Source of the DNA: Fistulifera solaris
Lineage: Eukaryota
Length of the DNA stretch: 64,000 bases
Reading direction: 5' to 3'
Assembly: GCA_030295235.1 (NCBI GenBank)
Contig: AP026142.1
Location: 310,001-374,000 of the forward strand
How positions within the stretch are numbered: the first letter of the stretch is position 1; each line of letters starts with the position of its first letter. The translations under genes were made by a program, and so were the position numbers. This document shows positions 25,850 to 38,362 of the stretch, piece after piece. Below the pieces are notes generated by a model. It was not told where the DNA came from. It ran no database searches and saw only the letters and a list, made by a program, of their open reading frames with translations.

Positions 25850-25940
25850 TGTTGTCGCATTATCATCTGAAAAGAGCGACGAAGACAACGTAAGCCACAG
25901 ATGAACGGATTATAAAGAAATTTAAGGGTTTGTGGTGATT

Positions 25941-26032
25941 CCAACTTCAGCAGAAAATATGAAAAGTTACTTGATGTGTCTATCAATCATTGTGGATCAG
26001 ACAGGGATAACAGTTGTTTCTTCACAAGTTGG
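25941..26032 (-). ncRNA. snR38: Box C/D snoRNA, snR38/SNORD1-like, intronic
   Basis: Minus strand: CCAACT stem, box C variant GTGAAGA, guide GTTATCCCTGT directly followed by D' CTGA, C'-like ATGATT, box D CTGA, AGTTGG stem. The guide is complementary to the conserved LSU rRNA sequence ACAGGGAUAAC. Lies in GT..AG intron 25867..26069. Confidence 0.85.
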
Positions 26033-26364
26033 GGAGAATTATCGGCTGCGCCCCATATATGCCACTTACCTTCACAGAGACTTTCAACGTCGCGACTTTG
26101 GCATGGCTGGGGCGATCTGCCGTTTCATTGTTGATGGTTGCAGAGGATGCACAAGAAGGATGTTAACAAAATCTCACAATGCCGAAAGCGGCGCGATGAT
26201 TGGTTCGGATTCGGATCAGGAGCGGTGGACGGACGGAGGACATACGGGCGAGCTAGCTAAGTCTAGAGTCTAAGTTAGCGTTTGAACACGTAAAGGTCTC
26301 TAAACTTATGCTCATATTGATCATGTTCACATCTATTCACGTTGTCCAACAAGAAGGATCATCA

Positions 26365-29101
26365 TCAATTGTCTTGACCTACGAGACTAATCACACCCGA
26401 TGCCCTACGAGACGAGCCACCAGCACTCATACGGCGTTGGTGAAGCATCGATTGATCGACTTCATTGATGCGCGCAGCAAAGCCGTCTACGTAATTCTCC
26501 AACACCATCTTATCGTCCCCTCCAAGACGCTGTTCCATCAGCAATGTTTCAACAAGTAGACCCGCCGAGCGATAGCACGACCGCGCATTTTCCAATTGGC
26601 CCAGAAGCTGCTTCACCGCGCCTTCGCGTCCACAAGTCATGGCATGGTTGTAGATGAGTTCCTCCACACTCGGACAGCGAATCTGTTCACCTGTCGGGAC
26701 GGAGACCTTGGATATTTCAGCGTTGGTTGCGTCAGCGCGCTCGAGCACACCGCGAAACTGGCCAGCAAGCCATTCAGTAGTAACTTCTAATCGCTTCTTC
26801 AACTGTTGGAGATGATTCGTATGACTGGTAGAGATTATGTGCCTCTGCCACCCCTCGAGCTCCTGTGAGACTTTCGTGACTGCACTTACGGCCCCTTTCA
26901 GCATAGTCAGTGCCTTGAGGTAACAAAGTAAAGCATCCGAGAAATAAGAGCGAATCAAAGATGGAGTAGGCTTCACCATTTTGCTCCCGGTAATGCTACT
27001 ATTTGAAACGCGACGAGTTGGAATAGTAGTATCCAGAGAAGGAAGCGGTTCGGTGTTGATCGCAAACGGCATCTCTTCCGCTTCATCGGCTTTCTCCATA
27101 GACTTGTCACTCATCGAAGATCCTCTCCTACGGCGAGTGACAGCCATAACATCCGTTGCGCTGGAATCATCCGTGACATTACCGCAATCGTTGTACCGAG
27201 ACTCTTCCTCTATGTCATCCATTGCTGTGGCTGAAAGCATCGACGTACAGCTTTCATTCATAGAAATGAGCCTCAAAGCCAAGAAAGCTCGATTATCCCC
27301 AACATGGGCTACAGTGATTGCCCTGCGACCGATGTCTTCCGCGGTTGCCAACATCGTTGCCACTTCCTGTAGTTGGCTTTCCGCACGCTTGGTAGTTGTA
27401 GGGTTGCCCCCTCCAATCTGACGGGTCTTCCCACTCGAAAACATTCCCAAGAGAGTGCCACCCGTACCAGGACTAGTACTGAGCATCCCACGAGCTTGAA
27501 GAAGTGTCGGATACTCGCGCCGGCCACCAAGTATAGGAGACGTTCCAGGCACTGTTGGACGGTAGGACGACTCTTTCCATGCAACAGTGGTATTCTTCGC
27601 CGAAGCAATCGATCCATGTTCCACCATTACATAGCTGTTGTCATCTGTGGAGTTCTGAAGGTTGGAGTTTATCGTTTGGGATCGATGACAAGTCTCCATC
27701 TCCTGCATTGGAGTCGCCGTCGAAATCCGTCCTGCAGTCAATTCCAAAGCAGGCGGTTCCGGTGCACCCTGAGGCATCTTTAAATAGTGGGCTGTGCTGG
27801 GCGGACTTGGGACCAAAGGAGTCAATGTGCCTTGCATGGAAGGGTAATGTGCTTGCGACACCATGCCAGGAGCCGAATTCTGTAAAGGTCCTAATCTAGG
27901 TGTCGTGTACGCAGTCGTCTCTCCCACGTTCAACATAGCCACCGGAAGAGACTGAGGCATTGCTGTTGTTGTCGTTATTTCGGTTGAACTTGCAGTCTCG
28001 CCACCAGAACAGCCCGCAACTGCTCTTCCGTCGTTTTCTGGAATCGTCTCCAAGTCTCCCACAACCGGCCGGCAACAGCCCGGATCGTGTACCGATGCAC
28101 CATTGCAACCCAATGCAACAAACCGATCGTTTGCCTCAAAAAACTCTTTGAAGCCAGCTCGACTGATCGGGTTTCTATTGAGAAGCAAACGCAGTAGGGT
28201 CACACATTCTGGACTGACCCGCACGTCTAGAGGCAATCGTACAGCTTTCATTTTGATATTCTTGAGCAGATCGATATGGTTTTCGCCATGAAAAGGCGGC
28301 TTTCCCGAAATCATTTCAAATAACACAGTGCCAACACTCCATAAATCTGCTTTTGCATCGTACCTAAAGGAATGATTGTGAGTTTTTCGACGACAGGCCG
28401 ACCACAAAGCAGGTTTTACTCACCGTTGGTGCTGTAATATTTCCGGAGCCATGTAAATGGGCGAACCACAAAGCGTTTCCGCCAAACTCTGACTTTGTAG
28501 GTGACGAGCAAACCCGAAATCAGCAATCTTGAGACAAAATTGACTCGAAGGAAAGTTCGCATCCCTGCGTTCCTGTTCCATCGCTGGCGTTTGCGCTGGG
28601 TCGTCCTCTTCGTCCAACGGCAAAGGTCCGGTCAGCAAAAGGTTCTGCGGCTTAATATCGCGATGAATCAATTCCTGTCCCCATAAGAATTGCAGCCCCG
28701 CTTTCAAATCACGCATGAGACGGCGCGTCAGGCGTTCCGATAAGCGGCCCGCAGCACGACTGCGAATCAACCCCTGCACATCTCCCCCCCGCGCAGTATT
28801 CTAGCAGCAGATAAAAGTGTCTTTCCGTCTTTTGCACTTGATGCATACAGACGATATTCGGATGCTGATAGGTGCGCAATATAGTAATTTCAATCTCCAA
28901 GTTCTGTAGCACCTTCTTGGTTAATTTTTCCGAAGTTCGGGAAATTGCTTTGACAGCCACCGTGTCCGGCCCTTTATTCGCCGAGGGCAATCGTACGCCC
29001 TTGTAAACAACAGCAAAACTCCCCGAACCCAACCTATGCTGCAAAGCATAGCCGGCCACCACCTTTACCTTGCTTTGCGGCAGGTAGAGTTCGTGATTCA
29101 T
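26365..29101 (-). CDS. ATG1: Ser/Thr kinase ATG1/ULK with C-terminal MIT-like region
   Basis: LGSGSFAVVYKG, LEYCAGG, IHRDIKPQNLLL, KIADFGFAR, AETLCGSPIYMAPEIL, YDAKADLWSVG; C-terminal 'EELIYNHA...E/QLLG...CY..A'. Frameshift at the C7 run ~28785; intron 28364..28423. Confidence 0.92.
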
Positions 29102-30327
29102 GTTGACGCGTCTGCCTCGATGTTTCTATCGAATCATGAGTGTTCGTCTAAGCTAAAATAAACGATCCGTGGGATTGCGCAAATGCAATATGGTTTCTTC
29201 CGTTCTCTTGATGCTTTTTAGAACGTTATGACGGAGTGTATTTTGATTTCGGAGTGTTCTTTTCCGAGAGATTTTAGAGGACTGCAATTCTGTTGAAGAA
29301 AAAAAAATATGAAAAAGTTGACAACGTCTGACAGAAAAGTAGCCCACGTGAACTGTTCTGTGTGTGGGATGATGAGTGTGAGACCCGTGCGTAGGTCAAA
29401 TTCTCTACTTTCCGAGAATAGAAAATAGAACGAATTTGAGTTCCGATCGCGGTACAGCAAGAAATAGAGTAATTTCAGTCCCGGAACAATCACGAACCGC
29501 GAGACACGAAACGTCAACACAAACGCCTCCTCCTGTATCTGGTAGGGATGGAAATAAAATCTTTTCACGGAAAGCAGCTGCTCGGAGATTGTTCTGCAAG
29601 GGTGCCACGAAAGAAAAAGGAATGGAAAGGAAGCGTAAATGAACAAAAGTGCAGCAGATCCTTTTGTTCGCCTCGAAGACTTGGAGCCGAGCCAATCTTC
29701 CGCTGGAGCGAGAGCGATTTTGTCGTCAAACGACGATTTCTGTCGAAACATCACCATTTTTGCATTCCAGCATTGTGTATTGTCTCTGTTGTTTTGACTT
29801 ACCAGCGTTAAAAAAGAGTATCAAAGAATGTAAACGAAAAGATCGTCCTTTCGAAGTTTTTTAAAGTTGAAAGGAGGTGGCGGGGAGGGAAGGAACAAAG
29901 AAAGGATTGCGAACGAAGATAAGCATTTTCTCGCCTTTCCGGAGTTTCGTTCCGGCGCCAAATTTTTACCGTCAATCAAAATGTAGTTTACCTTCGAGGT
30001 TTGACCTTTCCGACGTTGACGTCAGATGCTGGTCTGATGCCGAACAGTACATCTACGTACCACATACTACACGTGGTACACGAGGTTGACACCCGTGACT
30101 ACTGGATCACGGAGAAGAATGAAGAACCGAGATTTTGAACTTCGGGCAACATCATCATTCGTTCATCTTCGTGTTGCCTTTCTTACCCATGCATCACTTG
30201 TAACACTATCATTACTGTTGACTTCGGAGTTTTGAGTTGCGGGCTGCTTAGAATATTTTCCTCCCCCTCTTTTGCATTTTAGGAAGCGCAACGTCTATAG
30301 AAACACAGACAACTATTCCTGGTAATC

Positions 30328-31794
30328 ATGGCAGCGATCGAAGCCACAGCGCAGCAATCCAGAAAAGCCAAAAGCTCCCCCATTTCCTCCTTCGTCTTTG
30401 AAACCTACCAACGACCCGAACATGAAGTCCGCCTCCGACGAAACTCTGATCAGCGATCCTATGAAGCCAATCGAATACTCCGGAATTTCATGGGCATGTC
30501 GCTGCTCTTTTCGGTCAATCATGGGTGTGTCGTGGCCTGCTTGAGCTTGGCATCGGCACGATTGGGGACCACAGGGAACATGCAGAGCGGCATTTTGTAT
30601 ATGAGTTATACCGGCTCAGCATTGTTGGGTGCGACATATACCGTCAAGAAATTAGGACCGCGAGATTCGCTGGTGGCGGGCTTGGCGTTGTATTGTGTAT
30701 ATGTGGCGGCGTTTTGGATGGCGTCTTCGTTCCCTTTCTTCGCCAAGCCGGTATCCTTTCTGGGAGCTCTAGTGGGTGGTGTCGGAGCAGGATTGTTATG
30801 GACGGCGCAAGGCGCTTTCTTTGGCATGGCCGCGGAGTGTCACGCTCTTGCTTTGGCTCAAGAGACATCCCTATCGACATCCAAACTAGCAGGCATTTTT
30901 GCATTTATGTACTTGGGCTTGGAGTTGTTATTAAGATCGATGTCTTCGGCTTTACTCAAGCTGTTCTCGGTTGCATGGTCCACCATTTTTGGTATTTACG
31001 CTCTGCTCGCGATACTTTCCGCAGTTGGCATGATGTTTGTGCAACAACCAGAAGATGTCAGTGTCAACGGCGAAGACGATTCTCAAGTCCAGTCCGTTTG
31101 GTGGAAAATTACTGTTGCTCTACAACTACTCCGAAAAGATCCTAAAATGCGCTACATGATTGGTCTTAATGCTGTTTTTGGATTTGCTTCAGCATTCTTG
31201 AACTCGTATGTCAACAGCGAGGTAGTGCGTGTCGTTTTGCACGATTCTCAAACTCGTTATATCGGCTTGTTGTCAGCATGGATGTTCTGCTGTCGCAGCA
31301 ACAATGTCTCTGGCACTTGGAAGAATTCCCAACAAAGGCATCGTCTTAACGTTGGGGTCTGTTTGTTTTCTAGGCGTCGCTGCTCCTTTTCTGGTATCAA
31401 ACTTTTCGCTCGGAGGCTGGAACATGATAGGGGTTGTAGTTGTTTACACTTTGCATGGTGTAGGAAGAGCAACTTTTGAAGGAACCCTTAAGGCATCCTT
31501 CGCCGATCTTTTCTCGCAAGAGAAAGAAGGCGCCTTGCAAACATAATTTTGCAGAACGGTTTGGCCAGTGCGATCGGCTTCTTCATATCCACAATGTCCT
31601 GCACGCCCGAACAAAGACACTGCATTCAATTCCAGGATGGTTCTCATCATGATGTCGGCATCTTGGCATGGATGGTTGTAATTACCGCCTTCTTTGCTAT
31701 TTATGGTTACTGGAGAGCGGACCGATTGTTTAGGCAACAGTCTAGTAGTTTCCCCTCGGTGTGGACCCTTGTCGAGAACGAAAGCGTAATTTAA
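30328..31794 (+). CDS. UNC-93-like MFS membrane protein
   Basis: 'LGALVGGVGAGLLWTAQGAF' UNC-93 signature; ~12 TM segments across three frames (frameshifts ~31285 and ~31540). Confidence 0.8.
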
Positions 31795-31986
31795 GGCTAA
31801 GTGAAAGACTCCAAAGTACGATGAAAACAAGACTATGATTTTCATGTATTTTGTCACACAATAAATCAATTGGGCTTCCAACAAAGAAGCACCAATCAAA
31901 CATAAAATTGTGGTCATGATTCCAAAGGAATCCGACTCACACACTAGAGTCAACTAGGTTTCCAACGGAGAAACCACAGTCGCACA

Positions 31987-32862
31987 TTAAATAATAATGG
32001 CACGCTGGGCACCCGACTTGAGGGTTCCATCAGCACCATTGCCCCCACCAGTAGAGACCGTGCTCTCGGTTTCGCTTTCATGGCGAGGGCGCTTGTTACG
32101 AAGGTTCTGCTTCTGCTCTTCCGTGAGGAGCTTGCCCGTATCGCTGCGTTTCTTGCGCTGAATTTCTCCGCGCCGTTCACAGACCGTACCGGTCAACACC
32201 AAGTGGAAGTTGCGTTCGCGGCCCCAAGCGTAAGCCAAGTCCTTGAAGTTAGCATAGGGAGTACCACCGCTAAGCAATAGAATCTCAACCAATGCCTGTA
32301 AGATAGAAAAAATTAGACTCTACCTCTATCCGACCAACTCATTCACAAACGAATTTGTAACTCACCAACTGACGCTCCCACGGTTCCAACTGCACTTTCA
32401 ACTTGGAAACAGGAGGATGACCACGCGCACGGCGTTCTTCATGACGATGCCAGCCAATCTCTTTGCCGACGCGCCCATCTCGCAAGAATCGCACCAAAGG
32501 CATCACGTTTGCATCTTCAGGCGGGTCCGAAAATCCGTCCCAAGCACGATAGGCGTCTCCAATGGAATTGCTTCCTTTTCCTTCAATGAAGCCCTTCATA
32601 TGCGGCTTGTACCCAATGGACATGGGCAAGATGGTGTCGTACACCGATTCTCCGTCGGGAACGGTAGGCACGTTTGCGGGTTCTACTTTTGGGCGTTCCT
32701 CCGCCGGCAAGTTTGCCGTTTTCCAATGGCGCTTGCACTGCGAAAGAAATTAAGTCACAGCTTCGTTGTGAAACACGAATCGTAAATGAGCTTACTTACC
32801 ATGCCATCATGGGTCCCCTGGGCTTGTTTATCGCAGCCCTCTACCTTGCATTTTTTCGCCAT
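31987..32862 (-). CDS. Protein with N-terminal CxxxGC...C..H zinc finger (WRKY19-like type); 3 exons (introns 32738..32799, 32296..32365)
   Basis: Spliced N-terminus MAKKCKVEGCDKQAQGTHDGM|CKRHWK; basic C-terminal segment. Exon 1 is missing from the ORF track. Confidence 0.75.
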
Positions 32863-33684
32863 GGCACCGTGACGCTGGCAAGAGCCTTTTATAGTACAGA
32901 AGCATTGTTAGAAAAGAGAACGAATAACAGTTTTGAAACCAGCGGACAAATTAATTCCATACCTTGACTCTTGACGACTGTGAAGCAAGCATAAAGATTG
33001 AAGCAGTAAGGAAATAGCGTTTCAATGCAATATTAAAGAAGGAATAAATAGAGGACGGGATAAGACACAGAACGAAGCGGGTCGATCGCAACGCGGAACA
33101 TTCATTATTTACCTTTCGTGCACCCAGGAAAGCGACAAAGGCGACGGGCAGGTTCCTTGGTTGAGTCCGGATTCATTTCTACAAAATCATCAGGTTAGAA
33201 ATTAACAATTGCAGAGTGTATCCATTTTTTACATGACACTTTCGATCAATGTCGACAACCAACTTAACAACAATAGTGGCGTTGCATGCATCACGAGAGT
33301 TGCATATCGAATTTGACCTACGCCTTTTGTCCTTAAAGCTACGTCTTTTCACAACTCTCAAGAATATCTTCCACGCAAACAATATTAAATCACTATGGCA
33401 AGCAGAATCGCGTTTTCTGTCACAGCACTCCGTCCTCGCGCTGCCTTCAATGCAAAACCGACTCACCTTTACCGTCGTTCCTATTTCCTCCCTGTCCTTG
33501 TAGAAACGCCAAAGACAGTGAATAAAGACAATAAAGACCTGTTTGATGCATCTACAAGAGTTCAAAAGAACTATAGATCCACTGGTAGTTACTTCAGAAG
33601 AGGTCCGGAAATTTGGAAGTGTGCGAGCTCGGTGCTGATCATCTCCGTCTCGTCGAGCTCCCATGCTGTGTTAAAAGCGTCGAG

Positions 33685-33714
33685 CCTCGACCTCGAGCCT
33701 CGAGAGGGTCGAGG
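33685..33714. repeat. Short GC-rich inverted repeat (CCTCGACC...GGTCGAGG) with TCGAG-rich loop
   Basis: 8-bp perfect arms at 33685-33692 and 33707-33714. Confidence 0.7.
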
Positions 33715-33841
33715 TCGGAGGTCGGACCGACGAGCAATAAAAAACGCAGTGGGAACGAAAAAGTACTCCAAAGTCGATACGCGACATGCGAACTGAGAAC
33801 TGCGAACTGCTAGTATTTATTTGTGTGCTGTCTTTGATCGA

Positions 33842-33910
33842 CTACAACCTACAACCAAAGGAGTCTCTACAATCTACAATCTACAACCAATAACCTATAA
33901 GCCTATAACC
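33842..33910 (+). repeat. Degenerate CTACAA/CTATAA short tandem repeats
   Basis: ctacaac-ctacaac...ctacaat-ctacaat-ctacaac...cctataa-gcctataa. Confidence 0.65.
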
Positions 33911-34351
33911 AGTGAAAATTGACGTCAGACATGATGACTATCCGTAGAATAGACATTTTGGAGTACCGTTACCAGGTACTTGTTACCAGTACCGGACCGG
34001 AACAGGAGATTCAGAAAAGACGTTGAGAAGAACAAAGGAAGGAATTGAAAGAGGTGCAGTCACGTCTTATCAGTCACGGCCAATCAGCCAATCACCATCA
34101 AACACACTTCTGTATATTCTCCGTTTCATCTCGACCAGAAAGTACCCTTAAATCAGGTGTCGTGTTCACGTTCAGCGTGCAGTCCAAAAAAGACAACAAA
34201 CAAAAACGAAGACGAACAACATCCCTTGCTTGAAAAAAGCCTATTGTTAATCCGGGCGGATAATTATTTTTCGAACTCATCTATGGACTTGTTGTTAAGA
34301 AGCATGATTTTTGACGCATGGCCCCTTTTAACTCTTGTCATTTCTCAAAAG

Positions 34352-35234
34352 ATGTCGCCCAACAACGGGAAATCAACGACGCCTGGTCCATCTCAAGGCA
34401 CGCAACGGACCGTATCGCTGAGCAGCTCAAGCAGCATCGCGTTTGGTGGTCTCCATTTGGCTTCCGCGTCTGTTGATGCTTCTACCTGGATGATGATCAA
34501 ATCGCAGGACAAAAGACCATCATCTACTAATTTTCGTGGAGGACAATCTTCGCCGTCGTCCTTTAGTGTAGAACAGACACGCGAGTCGCTGCGCATGGAA
34601 CTGTAAGTTACTGTTCGAAAATATCGCGGGTTTTAATAAAGAGACGCTCGGCTCACCCTCAGTGGCCTATTATTGCAGTGAGAAACGTTTAAGCGACAAG
34701 AAGCAATCAATAGGAACACTCAGCGCTCAACAAGCCTCTATTTGTTTGGAAAAGCTGCTGTTTCAACAATACTCCGGAGATCTCACCACATATGCGGATC
34801 TATCCACTCTCAGGGATCGACTGGATCCTATTCTGCAGCGTCTGATTAAGCGAAAAGATCAGCCAACAGAGACTCTTGATCCGGAAGAAATTCGCAAGCG
34901 CCTACTCCGAAGTAAGCTAGGCAAACAGCGCTACTGGAAGGCCTTGCTGCTCAGTAAGGAAATCCACCGTCTACGTCTGCAACATGCGTCGCTCGGTTGC
35001 GCGCAATGTAACAGCGACGGAGTTTGTCAGCTCCAACCCGATATCAAGGGATCGTTACCGCAGCCTGTGCACACACTATTCTTCCGAGTGGCACTTTTAA
35101 GTTTTTTTGAGTCCGCCTCCGAAGATGACATTGCATCTTCAAGTTTAGATTCATGGGACATTATGATCCAGGAATGCGAAGACGCTCTGCATCAATACAA
35201 ACAATGGAGGTCTTTAATATGTGCTCCCGCTTGA
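34352..35234 (+). CDS. KIX-like domain + CxxC...C protein (paralog 1); intron 34603..34662
   Basis: 'RESLRMEL|...CLEKLLFQQ...YADLSTLRDRL' resembles CBP/Med15 KIX helices; similar to the convergent neighbour. A frameshift just after the intron is needed. Confidence 0.6.
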
Positions 35235-35418
35235 ATCTGCATTCCGAGCGACGAACTCCCACGTGTACAATCGCCAGCTTTTCTCATGTCTGTTCCATTA
35301 ATTTTGAATAATTTTCCATCAACCTTTATTCCTTTTTAAAAAACAACATTCTAGCCACTAGGTCTAAACAAAATCAAGATGCTACCATAAAATTATGTCA
35401 TTTTGTACAAACATCTGG

Positions 35419-36045
35419 CTAGCAATTTTCGACGATCTCTTCCACCTCTTTCATCCAAGCGTCCCATTCATCGCTCCTCGTGCCACAAACTTCGTGTAAA
35501 GGCATGCCTTCAAGAGCGTATAGCAAGGGAGGGTTCGAGAAGACTTTCTTTGCGTTGCAGAAAGTGGTATATTCGCAAACACTATCCTTGCACCTCGCAC
35601 AACTCAGGAGTTTTGCTGCCCTGTACCGTAAAGCATAAAATTGCCGGCAGAGTGCCAGGGCTTTGACGTATCGTTCCCCACCCAACTTGGACTTCAAGGC
35701 GTTTCGTCTTTTCGGCATGGAATAGGCTTTTCCCGTTTCTTTTCGATTTTTGCAAGTTAAGGACAAAATGAGATGTTTTAGACACGCTTGCAGCTTTGTT
35801 GCATTCTCAAGGTCTCTAAAGTGCTTTATCGCTCGTTGTTGATGAAGTAGACGCTCAATAAGTGCTACATTCTGAGAGATTACTGTTGGCAACATGCGCG
35901 GATACTTCTTGTAAAAGAGTTTTTGCCTATCACGATGCAGATTAGCAATCATTTTTTACACGAAGCACGTAAACAATAGCCAAAAAACTTACAATGCAAG
36001 GCGAACAAGGTCACGTGGATCGGCTGTCGAAGACACCGGACTCAT
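35419..36045 (-). CDS. KIX-like domain + CxxC...C protein (paralog 2); intron 35927..35992
   Basis: MSPVSSTADPRDLVRLAL|QKLFYKK; LKSKLGGERYVKALAL and CARC..VC align with paralog 1. Confidence 0.6.
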
Positions 36046-36869
36046 CAAAGTACGAACTTCCAATTGATTTAGATGGTGAGACTTCGTTATGAAGCTTTCT
36101 TAAGATTCTGACAAGAGAATAATAAGAGCAATGAATTGTAATCGTTCATCAGGACAAAAGTGTGCACAACTTCATACGGCCTTCACTAACTCGTTTAAGC
36201 GTTTTCATAGGCCATTGTTATCACGAGACGTCACGTTTCGGATGAATTTTTGAATCAGGTACATTTTACCAGATAGAGATAATCCTCTATAGCTAAATAA
36301 TTGTAAGCACGTTTCACCGCTTAAGTAATATTACCGTTTTCTGCCCTTGAGTACACATTTATTTGTGAAAGAATTTTGTCCCAAGAAGTTTTTTACCTAT
36401 GAGACAATTTGTCTCTATTTTTGAAAACCGCTCGGAGTGAGCAAAAATTACAGCCAAGCTCCAGGTTACTGGCTACGCAAATCCTCGTAAAAGGGTCGAA
36501 ATGGACCCTTTTGAGAAATTGAAAAGCATAATGCAGCAGAATGTAAAATTTCGATTCTGACTTAGGAAATTAGGAATAAATATAGCATTTTATTAGGTGA
36601 AATTGAAAAACACTGTACGATACTCCAAGAACGCCAGCAGTTTTTTTTGGCACAAATAGATGTCCGTCCGCGAGCTTTTGTTCCAACCAGTTTCTCTCAA
36701 GGTTTCTCTGGCTTCTGGTTTTGGCTTTCGAAGAACACGGATGAACATGAAAGACGCTGCCGTGCGCAGCGCCGCGAAACGATAAAAGTTACGAATTGAG
36801 CCCTGCCCCTGCCGAGGTTACACGTTACAACAGCTCATCCGACTCCATTATAATTGAGAATTAGAAACC

Positions 36870-37630
36870 ATGACATTCCCAAAACTGACTCTAACTTATT
36901 TCGACATCGAAGGCCGAGGGGAACCCATGTAAGTAGAGGTAATGCATTTTCGAAGTTTCCGGAGAAATTATTACTGGTGCTTATGCTTTCCTTTTTCAGT
37001 CGACTCTGCCTGGCGCTTGCAGGAATTCCCTTTGAAGACGAAAGGGTAGCTTTTGCCGACTGGAAGGAAATGAAGCCAAAGGCTCCTTTCGGTCTGCTTC
37101 CGTATCTCAAAGTTGACAAAGAAGATGGCTCCGAGCCCGTTTTTCGCACGCAAAGTTTAGGAATTCTCCGAGGACTCGCTCGCGAGTACGCACCTGATCT
37201 TTATCACGATGTATTTGCAGTTGAGGAAGCCATGGGGATTGTGGACGATATGATGGATAGATTTATTCCTTCCATGTACATTTCCATGCGCCCTGCTCAG
37301 TATGGACACCCGGCGGATGTAGCGCAAACAGAAGAAGGAAAAAAGACAATCAAAGCTATGAGAGAGCGCTTTGTCAGCCAAGATCTTCCTGTTTATCTGA
37401 AGCAGCTAGAAACATTATTGGCTCGACACGACAACAAGTTTTTGGCGTCATCGGATAAGCCCTCGATTGCAGACTGCTATGCGATTCCTTCTTTGCGCTC
37501 GTTTACACGAAACTATTTGGACCACATTCCTGGCAACTGTTTGGATGACCATCCTTTGATTGTGGATTACATCAAGCGTTTCTGTGCGCTTCCCGAAATT
37601 CAAGGACGTTACACAACCGGCCTCTACTAA
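36870..37630 (+). CDS. GST: Glutathione S-transferase (sigma-like); intron 36929..36999
   Basis: MTFPKLTLTYFDIEGRGEPI|RL, PFGLLPYL, QSLGILR, SIAD N-cap motif. Confidence 0.93.
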
Positions 37631-37759
37631 AGGGATAGGGATTCTTCATTAGTCTTTAGTTTAACATCAATCAAAAATTATAACAGTCAGAATTCTATTT
37701 ACAATGCTGCCCTTATAAACACTATTTGTACAGTCTTAGTTGATAAATACGAATCGGCG

Positions 37760-38362
37760 TCATCTACTTCTTGGCTTTACATTGCGCGATTCCTCGTCAG
37801 ATAAAAGTTGGTGTTTGACCGGCGTATTGGTTTCAGAGCAGCTATAGGCACGATGAAAATCACGGATAGCCTCTTGAGTTGCCAATTCTACCGCCCAAGC
37901 CGTCACTTTCGTAGACAGTTCAGCGAGACGATCGGCGCATAATTCTTGAGAAGCCTTCAAAATAAATTTGTTCGTGATGAACTTCCGCCGTTGTCGTTCC
38001 AGACACGAGCGCTGTTCGAGACCTCGCGTATCACACTTGTTTTCCATATTGTCCCACGACAATGTGCACAAACTAATATTCGTAAAGTTCCGCATATGTC
38101 GACACATGTCACGTGCCTGGGATCGAAATAACGTCAGTTCATCTTGCAGATACCAAAACTGTTCGAAATCAACACTCGATGCCGAAGTCGGGTCCGGTAT
38201 AACAGCCGTCATATCCGAAGGAAAGCTGACTTTTCTCGTTTCCAAGCCATCTATCCCCAAGAATGATAAGCATTTTGAGTCGGTGCGATGACGCGCTAGC
38301 TGCAAAGAGTCTCTATGATGGTTAAGTTGCTGATGCAAATCTTGGGTGAGTCCTGCGTCCAT
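37760..38362 (-). CDS. Hypothetical protein (diatom-type 'KVSF...WY...RGLE' family)
   Basis: Single ORF, ATG at 38362; motifs KVSF, FWY..DEL..FR, TRGLE, LAELS.K.T.WA...A...A..D. Confidence 0.65.
   Translation of the reverse strand: MDAGLTQDLHQQLNHHRDSLQLARHRTDSKCLSFLGIDGLETRKVSFPSDMTAVIPDPTSASSVDFEQFWYLQDELTLFRSQARDMCRHMRNFTNISLCTLSWDNMENKCDTRGLEQRSCLERQRRKFITNKFILKASQELCADRLAELSTKVTAWAVELATQEAIRDFHRAYSCSETNTPVKHQLLSDEESRNVKPRSR

Noticed and set aside
26064..26071. ACTTACCT resembling the U1 snRNA 5' end
   Set aside because: It is the reverse complement of the minus-strand splice donor; no U1 body follows.
29218..29864. ORFs of 70-180 aa upstream of ATG1
   Set aside because: Low-complexity, Phe/Lys-rich translations typical of UTR or promoter DNA; no motifs.
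36240..36660. AT-rich stretch with a 9-bp inverted repeat (36489-36512) as a possible centromere-like or origin element
   Set aside because: Short and adequately explained as a divergent promoter region.
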